Below, in pieces: positions 36,348 through 46,904 of a stretch of DNA of 63,877 bases. How positions within the stretch are numbered: position 1 is the first letter of the stretch; each line of letters starts with the position of its first letter. The position numbers and the translations under genes are program-made. The notes under the pieces are model-generated. The model did not search any database, had not been told where the DNA came from, and saw only the letters and a program-made list of their open reading frames with translations. The stretch is from Heterodontus francisci (taxonomy: Eukaryota): assembly GCF_036365525.1 (NCBI RefSeq), contig NW_027142279.1, forward strand, positions 124,001-187,877, written 5' to 3'.

Positions 36348-36834
36348 ATGTATCTGTTACTGACTCTGATCAGCCTGTTTCACCGGAAGGGATTTTATTG
36401 AAACAATAATTCTACTTAACATTTCTTTTGGATATGTTTTTATTTCTCCCATTCTCTCTTTCTTTCTCTCTTTCTCTCTCCCCACTAGACTGAAGTTCCC
36501 TGTTTACTGATCTCCTCCTTTCCCTGTCTCTTTCCCAGATGTGAACTCACAGACTATCCGCCAGACTCCCGCCGCTCTCTCCAAATCTCCTGGCGGGCAG
36601 GTGAAGCTGAAATGCACCGTGGATGGTAGCAGTAACCCTTACATATACTGGTACAGACTACACCCGGGGAAGGAGCTGCAGCTGATGTTTTATTCCCTAA
36701 CTGCACAAAGGGTGAACTCAGAGGGGACGGTAGAGGGTTTCACCACTGAAAGACCAACTGACTCCGAGTTCAACCTGGAGTCCTCCAGCCTGCGGGAGAA
36801 TCACTCGGCCGTGTATTTCTGTGCCTGCAGTCTT
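36348..36834 (+). pseudogene. TRBV: TRBV30-like V segment with intact exon and RSS but a mutated leader splice donor; leader 36348-36384, V exon 36539-36834
   Basis: Donor reads GGAAGG at 36385 versus GTAAGG in the paralogues; WYRL; ends YFCACSL. Confidence 0.8.
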
Positions 36835-36873
36835 CACAGTGACTCAGAGAGATGGAGCAGTTCAACAAAAACC
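36835..36873 (+). other. 23-RSS
   Basis: CACAGTG - 23 nt - ACAAAAACC. Confidence 0.97.
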
Positions 36874-37464
36874 CCAAAGGCAGCAGGAAACACCTGTGGA
36901 GGGAAAAACCGTTCGGTGCCTCGACCGACTGTTCCTTTATGCAGAGTGAAAGTGTTTATTACAATAAAAAGAGTTGAGTTATGATTGTAGTGACACACTA
37001 GATTTACAGGTACTGCCGAGGGTGCAAAGAACGATTAATAAGATAGCACGAGATCTCAGAATGTAACCAGCAGGAATCAATGACAATAATCTGTTTTTTT
37101 ATGCACTGACACTGTGTTTACCTTCTCCACAGGGACAGCAGAAAGGGATCCAGTACCATGGACTGGACAATGGCTTTGAGAAGGATTTAGTGAGAAAACT
37201 GAAAGAGCAGGTGATCATGTAGATCCAGCTTGATACACATCAACAGGACAAGGACGCCCACTTCGTTGGAGAGAGAAAGAGAGTGTATGTGTGTGTGAAA
37301 GTGAGAGTGATCTAGTGAGAGCGAGAGGAGAGTGAGACGAAAAACGACAGGTAGAGTTAAAGAGACTGAGACAGAGAGGGGGACAGAGATAGAGACAATG
37401 AGGTAAAATTACTGGGATACATCTGGAGAATGAAGGATTATTATAGGGATTGATCTGGGAGATT

Positions 37465-37940
37465 GAGTGGGGTCAGTGAGTGGAGTCAATGAGTGGAGTC
37501 AGTGAGTGGGATCAGTGAGTGGGGTCAGTCAGTGGGGTCAGTGAGTGGGGTCAGAGAGCGGAGGCAGTGGGTGGAGTCCGTGAGTGGAGTCAGTGACAGA
37601 GGCAGTGAGTGGAGTCTGTAAGTGGAGTCCGTGATTGGGGTCAGTGTGCGGGGCCAGTGAGTGGAGTTAGTGTGCCGGGTTAGTGAGCGGGGTTAGTGAA
37701 CGGGGTCAGTGAGGAGTCAGTGAGTGGGATCAGTAAGTGGTGTCAGTGAGAGGGGTCAAAGAGAGGAGTCAGTGAGTGGTGTCAGTGGGTGCGGTCAGTG
37801 AGAGGGGTCAGTGTGTGGGGTCAGTGTGTGGGGTCAGTAAGCGGGGTCAGTGAGAGGGGTCAGTGAGAGGAGTCAGTGAGTGGTGTCAGTGAGGTGGGTC
37901 AGTGACAGGAGTCAGTGAGTGGAGTCAGTGATTGGGGTCG
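37465..37940 (+). repeat. 13-bp minisatellite (cagtgagtggggt)
   Basis: Imperfect tandem copies running into an assembly gap. Confidence 0.85.
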
Positions 37941-39019
37941 ANNNNNNNNNNNNNNNNNNNNNNNNNNNNNNNNNNNNNNNNNNNNNNNNNNNNNNNNNNN
38001 NNNNNNNNNNNNNNNNNNNNNNNNNNNNNNNNNNNNNNNNNNNNNNNNNNNNNNNNNNNNNNNNNNNNNNNNNNNNNNNNNNNNNNNNNNNNNNNNNNNN
38101 NNNNNNNNNNNNNNNNNNNNNNNNNNNNNNNNNNNNNNNNNNNNNNNNNNNNNNNNNNNNNNNNNNNNNNNNNNNNNNNNNNNNNNNNNNNNNNNTCTAT
38201 CTATTGTTCCTTTTGTCTATCCATCCATCGCTCTATCGATCCCTCCAGCTATCGATACATATCTCTGTTTATCTATTTATCTCTATTTAATCTGTCATCT
38301 ATATATATTTGTCATCGATCAATTTATCTGGCTCTTATCTGTCTAAGTGTATATTCATCCCTCTGTTGTTTATCATATATCTAACGTCATTGTTTACATC
38401 TCGCAGTTCCATCAGTGATATATCATGGTTTGCTATTTTGTTGATATTGTTGCATCTTCTTGTTCTCCTTCGATTCAGATTATATCAATACAATATTAAT
38501 GATTAAAATACTCCATCCATGTGATAAGGCTCTTTTCGTGAAGGTAGCCTCTACATTTTAAGAACAGATTACGAGGCAGGGTAAATGGGTTCATGATACA
38601 GTTGAAAGAATGGACGGAGGATTCTGACAAGGAGTTGTACAGACCTCCCTATTCTACATGCCCCTGATGATTCATACAATGCAAATACGAGAGACCTCCC
38701 CAGATAGGTCTCTCACTGGAACAGATTCCTAATTTGGCGGTTTTGAGCAACTGTTGACAATTGTTCACCAACTTGTCTTTCAGACACTCGGTGTCTTCTG
38801 AAGAACTTTCAAAGCATCTGGGAGTTAGGCCCAGGCAAGAATTTAACCCTTCAATTCTCGTTTAGGAGACAGGGAAAATAAATCTTTCTCTGCCTAAAAC
38901 AAATAAGCCCCTTGATGCATCTCAGATAGTTATAGAATCAAACAGCACTAACCATGGTCATTCGATCAATCGAGCCTGGCCTGGCTGTTCGAAACAGTTA
39001 CCCAAAATAAACAACATCA

Positions 39020-39790
39020 TCCCTTGGCCATGGGCTGCAAGAAGTACAGAATCTGTTACAAACTGCTGGATAGCACATGAACTAAAGTAACCTAAGCTCA
39101 GACACTGGCCTGTGCTGGTAAAAACCAGTTTGAACTAATTAATTTATGTGACAGACAAGGGAGAAATCACAGGAATAGAGCCTTATTTGGAAACGGTGAT
39201 ATACCGGGGTCTTTGGGCCTGGGCCAATAAGGAGAAGATGCGAACGAGGTGAGCAGGCCTAAACCAACAGGAAAGAGACAGCACAGTTTTGAAGAGATAA
39301 GAAAGAGAATAAGTATGGAGAATCTCAGGCATAGTGCCAGCGGGAAACTCCAGAGACCAACCATCGTGGAAGTGGAAGACCCTGCGTGAGCAACGCGGTG
39401 ACGACATAAGAGAGAGACAGATCGGAACGTCTGGCCAGCATCAGCTCTCCCCTTTCTGGGAATTATCGTTTGTTTTCTGTGACGAGGTCAGGGAAAGGTC
39501 AGAGTAACCTAGTGGGTGTGCTTATCAATTCTAGCTAGCTTTGTTATTAACTGTATAACCCAGTTTGAGTTGCATGCTTTTGTCTAACCAAGTGTATAAG
39601 CCTTATTCTTACATTGTACAACAACATGAATAAAATAACTTGATAGTTAAAGAAAGGACTGAGTTTTCTCCTCTTTGTGCTAAGCCATTAACTGTAGCTG
39701 GTGGATTAGTTGGAGGGTGGCTCTCCTGTAACCCCAATATCCCAAACACCCAGCCTGAGTCTGAATTAAGAGGACTTAGTCCCACGCAAC
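39020..39790. mobile_element. Possible solo LTR or unclassified insertion
   Basis: Interrupts the paralogy with 19900-20650; contains AATAAA near its 3' end. No target-site duplication confirmed. Confidence 0.3.
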
Positions 39791-40019
39791 GGCCAGGATT
39801 AAGTGGGTGAAGGGAATAAAGGGGCCAAGGGGGAGTTGACTCCGCGCCATGGTTTACAATCCTGTTCCCATCTCTCTGCATTTCAGCCCATCAGCACCTC
39901 CTTCTATTCCTTACTCCCTCATGTCCTGATTTAATCTCCCCCTTAAATGCATCTCCATTATTGGCCTTAACTTACTCGCTGTGGTAGCGAAATTGTGCCC
40001 ACTGGTTGTAGTCTTCCCA

Positions 40020-41780
40020 ACCACAGAATCACAGAATTGTTCCAGTGCAGAAGGAGGTCATTCGGCCAATCGTGCCCGCACTGTCTCTCTGGAAGAGAAA
40101 TTCCCTCAGTCCCATTCCCCTGCCTTCTCCCCATAACCCTGCACATCCTTCCTTTCCATATAACTGTCCAATTCCCTTTTGAATGCTTCAATTGAAGCTG
40201 CCTCCACCACGTTCTCAGGCAGTGCATTCCAGACCTTCATCACTCGCTGCGTGAAAAAGCTTTTCCTCATGTCACTTTTGCTTCTCTCACCAAATATTTT
40301 AAATCTGTGCCCCTTCGTTCTTGATCCTTTCAGGAGCGGGAACATTTTCTCTCCATCTACTCTGTCCAGCCCCCTCATGATTTAGAATACCTACACAAAA
40401 TCGACTCTCAGCCTTCTCTTCTCCAAGAAAAACAGTCCCAACCTATCCTGCCACTTTTAATGACTTCTCCAAATATACACAAAAGCCCTTCTTCTCCTGC
40501 ACCCCCTTTCGAATTGTGCCCTTTATTCTATATTGTTCATCCGACCAAAATGAATCACTTCACATTTCTCTGCATTGAACCTCATCTGCCACCTGTCTGT
40601 CCATTCCACCAACATGTCTATGTCCTTTTCAAGTTCGACATTATCCTCCTCACAGTTCACAATGCTTCCAAGTTTCGTATCATCGGCAATATTTGAAACT
40701 GTGCCCTGTACACCAAGGTCTAGGTCATTAATATATATGAGGAAAAGCGAGGGTCCTAATACTGATCCCTGGGGAACTCCACTAAAAGCCTTCCTCCAGC
40801 CCGAAAAAACATCCATTAACCACTGCTCTTTGTTTTCTGTCACTAAACCAATTTCGTATCCATGTTGATACCGTCCCTTTTATTCCACGAGTGACAAGTT
40901 TTCTCACAAGTTTGTTGTGTGGCATTGTATCAAACGCCTTTTGAAAGTCCATGTACACCACGTCCACAGCATTGCCCTCATCAACCCTCTCTGTTGCCTT
41001 CTCAAATGAATTCTAGCAAGTTAGTTAAACATGATTTTCCCTTATGGAATCCATGCTGTCTTTCATTAATTAACTCGTCCATGTGACTATTGATTTTGTC
41101 CCGAATTATTTTTTCTAGAAGTTTCCCCACCATCAAAGTTAAACTGACTGGCCTGTAGTTGCTGGGCTTATCTTTACCCCTTTTTTGAATAAGGGTGTAA
41201 CGTTTAAAATTCTCCAGCCCTCTGGCACCAGCCCTGAGTCTAAGGAAGACTGAAAAATTATGGCCAACGCCTCTGCGATTTCCAACCTCACTTCCCTCAG
41301 TATCCTTGGATGCATCTCATCTGGTGCTGGTGCTTTATCCACTTTATGTTCAGAAAGCCAATCTAATCCTTTCTCTTTACCCATTTTAAACACTCTAGTG
41401 TCTGAATTATCTCCCTTTTCAACCAGAGCAAACTACTTAACTGCATCTACACTGTCTATACCTTTAAGGACTTTGTAGGTTTCAATGAGATCACCTCTCA
41501 TTCTTTGAAACTCTGGAGAATAAAGGCCCAGTTTCCCCAATCTCTCTTCATAGGACAGTCCCGCTATCCCGGGAACAAGTCTGGTGAACCTTCTTAGCAC
41601 TCGCTCTATGTGAATAATATCCTTCCGAAGGTCAGGGGACCAAAACTGCACACAGCACTCCAGGTGCGGTCTAACCATGGTTCTATACAATTGAAGAAAG
41701 ACTTCATTACTCCTGTACTCAAATCCTCTTGTGATAAAGGCTAACATAACATTAACCTTCCTAATTGCCTGTTGATGCTA
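40020..41780 (-). mobile_element. CR1-type LINE ORF2 fragments
   Basis: DVVYMDFQKAFD, SGVPQGSVLGP, ADDTKL and DKAPAPDEMHPRILRE motifs; frameshifted. Confidence 0.9.
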
Positions 41781-42632
41781 TATGTGAAGTTTCTACCTTC
41801 CGAAGCTCCTGCCAGGGGATATCATTTCTCCCTAACTACTCTATCGAACGGCTGTACCTACAGGGTTAAAACGTCCCATTAGCTTGCTCTGATCCAGGAA
41901 AACTGTCCCAGCTTCTCCAGTCTCTCCACATAACAACTGTCTCTCAACCATGGCACCATTCTGGTAAATGTTATTTGAACCGTCCCAGGTTCAAGGATAA
42001 CGATGGCATAGTTGCAATGTCACTGCGATAATAAGCCAGAGGCCTCGGCTCATGCCCTGGTTACACGGGTTCAGGCACCGGCACACCCAGTGCAATTTAA
42101 ACATGCCAAGGGCCCAGTAATGTGCATAGCCCTGCTGTAGAATAGGTAAGGAGCCCAGTGCCACACAGATGGTGTTGCACCTACTTGCCTCAGGCCACTG
42201 TTGCTTACAACGTTTGCCAGGAGACACACGGCATCGACATCTGGCTATTCGGGGATGAAGGTGTGGATAATCTGGAATCCAGATGTCTATAAATTTGAAA
42301 TCTACATGTGGCTAATGTGGGAATGCCGATGAGGTTCGTTGGGAATCTGGATATTTTCAATTGGAGATTTCTAATCAGTAAATTAGAAATTGAGTAACAG
42401 GCACCCTTGTTGGGGATGTTGACAACAGTTACTCCAGTCACTCAACCATAACAAGCAACCACGTCCATTCTGATTGGTTGAGTGGTGGAAGGGGGCGTGT
42501 CCAACACTGCATCACTTCCTCATGCTCTTCATATTGTCCTCAATGATTTGTAAAGAGCAGGTTTGGACCATCACAAGGCTTACACTCCGGTTCTCGCTGC
42601 TTTGTTTATTTCTAAACAGCTTCAAGAGGAAG

Positions 42633-43086
42633 ATGTATCAGTCATTGGCTCTGATAATCCTTTTGCACTGTGAGTGAGTCTGAAATACCAACGTTTTCTC
42701 CAATAACATTCCTATACTCATTCCCTCTTCCTTTCATTTCCTAGAAATCCCCTGTTCACTGACCTCTTCCTCTTCCCCACTCTCACCCAGGTGTGAACTC
42801 ACAGACTATCCTCCAGACTCCTGCCACTGTCTCCAGAGTTGTGGGGGAGGAAGTGGAACTGAAGTGTACTGTGGAGGGGAGCAGTACTCTTACCTTGTTC
42901 TGGTACAGACAATACCCGGGGAAGGAGCCTCAGGTTATGTTTTACTCAACGGGTACTAATCACAAAAATCCAGAGAAGGCGGTGGACGGTTTCACTGCCG
43001 AGAGACCGACTGGCACCCAGTTCAACCTGGAGTCCTCCAGCCTGTGGGAAAATCACTCGGCCGTGTATTTCTGTGCCTGGAGTCTT
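42633..43086 (+). CDS. TRBV: TCR beta V segment, TRBV30-like; leader 42633-42669, V exon 42791-43086
   Basis: Leader MYQSLALIILLH with GTGAGT donor; ...KCTVEGSSTLTLFWYRQ...YFCAWSL. Confidence 0.93.
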
Positions 43087-43125
43087 CACAGTGACTCAGA
43101 GAGATGGAGCAGTTCAACAAAAACC
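43087..43125 (+). other. 23-RSS
   Basis: CACAGTG - 23 nt - ACAAAAACC. Confidence 0.97.
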
Positions 43126-43499
43126 CCAAAGGCAGCAGGAAACACCTGTTGGACATACAATTGCGCGGTATTTCCACTTGAATTGATGCAGGGCGATGAT
43201 ATTTTTGACAATATGAGACGGGTGAGAATAAAATTGAGAGCACAGGTGCAGAGGCGAAGAGTCTGGCCTCTTTCTGTGCTGATAAGTTTTCGATCTTTCT
43301 ATGAAAGATTAAGAAGGGTGGCAGCACACTGAGGTTTTAACTATCAGGAGAGAATATCAGGAAAGCGATTGGGGTTTTATCCACTAACACGGTGTCTTCT
43401 TTCACTCAGATGATCAAACACACAACTCTCTTTGTTAGGAACAAAGGAAGAGGAGTGGGCCATTCAGCCCCCTTGTCCCGTTGCATAGAAACAGGAGGA

Positions 43500-43830
43500 G
43501 ATCTTTCAGCAAATCTCGTAAATCTGCTCTGCACCCTAATAAGGAGCATCACATTCTCCCTTAAGTGTGGTGGCCAGAACTGGATGCAATACTCCAGCTG
43601 GAGCCTAACCAGAGCTTTACAACGGTTCACTGCTTTTGTACTCAATACCTCCATTTATGAAGGTCAGGATCCCATCTGCTTTACTAACCACTCTCTCAAC
43701 ATGCCCTGCCACCTTCAAAGATCGATGCACATGCAGCCTCAGGTCCACTGTTCTGTGCAAACTCTTTCGAAATCTGCCTTTTGGTCTATATTGCCTTTGC
43801 CTATCCCTTCAGCCAAAATGCATCACAGCG
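43500..43830 (-). mobile_element. CR1 LINE fragment
   Basis: Encodes KALVRLQLEYCIQFWPPHLR. Confidence 0.75.
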
Positions 43831-44477
43831 AATTTCTCCAAGAAGAGGGCCTTTTAGGACCAGTAACACACAACTGCCTGGAAAACTGTTTATGAAGAAT
43901 TCAGGAGGAGGTCTCTCAGTTTTTTAGAGCCTCTTACAAAGGAACATGAGGAGGCCAATTACTCCCCTGCCTCATTGCGCACAAACAGGAGGAGGCTATT
44001 GAGCAATGTAGAGCTTGTTAGCAGGAATTGGAGAAGGGTACTTAGTCCCCCTTGAGCCGATTGGTATGAACAGGAGTAAGCCATTCAGCCCCATTGAGCC
44101 TGTTGCACAGGAGCAAGAGGAGGCCAATTCAGTTCCCCGCTCAGTCTGCACAGGTACAGGAGGAGGCCCATTCAGCCCTTCGAATCTGTTAAATAGGTAA
44201 TGGGTGAGGCCATTCAGCCCCATCGAGCCTGTTACATCTGAAGAGCCATCCACATGTGACAGTTCCGCTCAGGCTCTTGTATCCAATTGGGAAATCCAGA
44301 TGTGGAGATCCGCGTTTCTGATTGGCAAATACAAAAAGAGCAATTGCGAATTTACAACTATGCTAATTCCGATTGGTTGAATGAGAGAAGGGGGCGTGAC
44401 CAAACGTCCCTCACTACCTTGCTTTCCTCAATGGTTTGTAAAGATGAATTGATGAATAGGGAAATGTCCAGTTAAAG

Positions 44478-44703
44478 ATGTATCTGTTACTGGGTCTGAT
44501 GATCATCTCCCACCATAAGGAACTTTATGAAAAATAATGCTGCTTAATAATTTTCTTTACTTTATAATTTCCTTCTCTCCTTGACGCTTTCATTCCTCCC
44601 TTCCATCCTTCTTCCTCGATAATCCAGAGTGTCCTGGCGTCATTTTCGACCCATCTCTTTCCCAGATGTGAACTCACAGACTGTCTTCCAGAGTCCCACC
44701 ACT
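44478..44703 (+). pseudogene. TRBV: TRBV30-like relic with the V body and RSS deleted
   Basis: Leader MYLLLGLMIISH with donor GT>AT (44515); exon from 44666 encodes only VNSQTVFQSPTT, then joins the post-nonamer flank acctgtgggagataaa. Confidence 0.85.
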
Positions 44704-45049
44704 ACCTGTGGGAGATAAAGTTGCGCTGTGCAGAGACTTGATTTTTGTGCAGGGCGATGGTGTTTGTGACAATAAGAAGGTACCCGTGAGAATAAAAGTG
44801 AGAGAATAAATATAGAGGCACTGGTAAAGATGTCACTAATAGCCTGCTTATGTTCCCTAAAACCTTCTGTCTGTCTATGAATGATTAACGGGGATGTGAC
44901 CCAAATTGAGAAGATGTAAATATCAGGAAGGAATGATCACTAAAAACATTTAGGTTTCATCTCCTGACACTATCTTCATTCTCCACAGGGACAGCAGAGA
45001 GCGCTCTAGGACCGTCAAGCACACAACAGCCTGCCCCCTGCTTATTCAG

Positions 45050-45715
45050 GACACAACATAGGGAATAGGAGAAGGAGTAGGCCATTCGGCACATCGAACC
45101 GACTCATGGCTGATCATCTACCTCTGAGTCATTTCCCCCCCCACGATCCCCATCTCCCTTGATGTCATTAGTATCTAGAAATCTATCGCTTTCTGTCTCG
45201 AACATGCTCATTGCAGTCAGCTTACAAAGACATCTTTGGTAGAGAATTCCAAAGATTCACAACTCTCTTAGTTAAAGAAATTCCTCCTCATCTCAGTCTT
45301 CAATGGCCTGCACCTTATTCGGAGACAGTGTATCCTGATTCCAGACTGAACACGCTATCGACATTCGTCGTGTCATGTCTTGTCAGAATTTTGTAAGTTT
45401 CAATGCGATCACCTCTTATTCTTTGGAACTCCAGAGAATACAGACCCAGTTTCTGTAATCGCTCTTCCTAAGACAAACCCACCCTGCCAGGGATTATTTT
45501 GGTGAATCTCTGCTGCATTCTCTCTTTGGCAAGTATATCCTTCCTTCGATAAGGAGAACAAAACTGTAAACAATACTAGAGGTGCTGTCGCATCAAGGTT
45601 CTATACAATTGCAACAAGACATTTTTACCCCTGTACTGAAATCCCATTGCAATGAAGGCCAGCATACCATTCGCCTTCGGAATTGCTTGCTGCACCTGCA
45701 TATTAGCTGTTAGTG
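45050..45715 (-). mobile_element. CR1 LINE 3' fragment
   Basis: Encodes KANGMLAFIAxGFQYRxKNVLLQLYRTL and carries a CR1 tail. Confidence 0.8.
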
Positions 45716-46330
45716 TTGTGAGTTCATAATGTTGTGTGATGCAACATAAATGAGAAGCGTGGAGTCCAGTTGGTTGACGATCACAAACAAGTCTATTTAC
45801 AGCTGAACTATCATACACTGTACTGAGCTAACTATTTACAGGACCCGACTGTTGGTGTTCCAGTTACAGAGTGACACTGGCTACGAGTCACGTGACTACG
45901 TGCTGGAATTTAGCTCATTAGCATCCTAAGATCTTAAAGGGACATGAGAGAGAAATGGAGAGACGGACAGAGAAAGACAGAGGGAGAGAGAAAGATTAAC
46001 ACTAACGAATACAATAACAACTTGAGGAAAAAACACCAACAAATGCAGCAGCAACTTCAGCAGGTGACGAGCACCAAAAAATGCAACAACTTCAGCTGGA
46101 GACTACCAGCAACAAATGCAGCAACAACTTCAGCAGGAGACTAATAGCAACAAACGCAACAACAACTTATACTTGCAGCCAAACAGAGAGACAGGGACGT
46201 GGCTTCCAATCAGGGAGGTAGGAGTTGTGAAAACCAAATCACTTACTTCAGTCTTCATGTAGCTTCTCACCGGACTCAAAGCTCTTGTTTCCACTGATTT
46301 ACAGATTACAAACACAGCTTCCAGTAGAAG

Positions 46331-46367
46331 ATGTATCTGTTACTGAATCTGATAGCATTATTTCAAT
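46331..46367 (+). pseudogene. Orphan V leader exon (MYLLLNLIALFQ) with no V exon
   Basis: 37-nt leader with GTAAGG donor; the upstream ~130 bp is paralogous to the promoter of the inverted V at 16627. Confidence 0.8.
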
Positions 46368-46439
46368 GTAAGGGATCTTTTTCCCACGGAACTGTTTGTG
46401 TTGACAATCAACATTGATCTTTTCGCAGTACCCGTTTCC

Positions 46440-46735
46440 CGCAATTAGGGGGAGCAGTTGCTGGAGGTGCAGCTGTCATTGCCCACCAACAGGAGGCAGC
46501 AGTAGATGGAGGTTCAGCTCGCATTGCCAACCAACAGGGGGCAGCAGTAGATGGAGGTTCAGCTCGTATTGCCCACCAAAAGGGGGCAGCAGTAGCTGGA
46601 GGTGCAGCTCTCTTTGTCTACCAACAGAGGGCAGCAGTAGACGGAGGTGCAGCTCTCTGCCCACCAACAGGGAGCAGCAGTCGATGGAGGTGCAGCTGTC
46701 ATTGCCCACCAACAGGCGGCAGCAGCAGATGGCAT
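46440..46735 (+). repeat. Second 45-bp tandem array (about 7 diverged units) with CTCF-like cores CCAACAGGGGGCAG
   Basis: Unit approximately ggaggtgcagctgtcattgcccaccaacagggggcagcagtagat. Confidence 0.85.
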
Positions 46736-46904
46736 TTCAGCAACAAGAACACTAAATGTTAGATATCCTCAGTGCATCAGGCAGGATCTGCAGAGAGTAA
46801 AACAGAGCTACCACTTCACATCAGAACCGGCAAACATGAGAAGCGTTTTGAGCAACTTAAATGGATGTTTGAGCGTGAAGAAATGCAAAAGAGACAGTCT
46901 GTGA

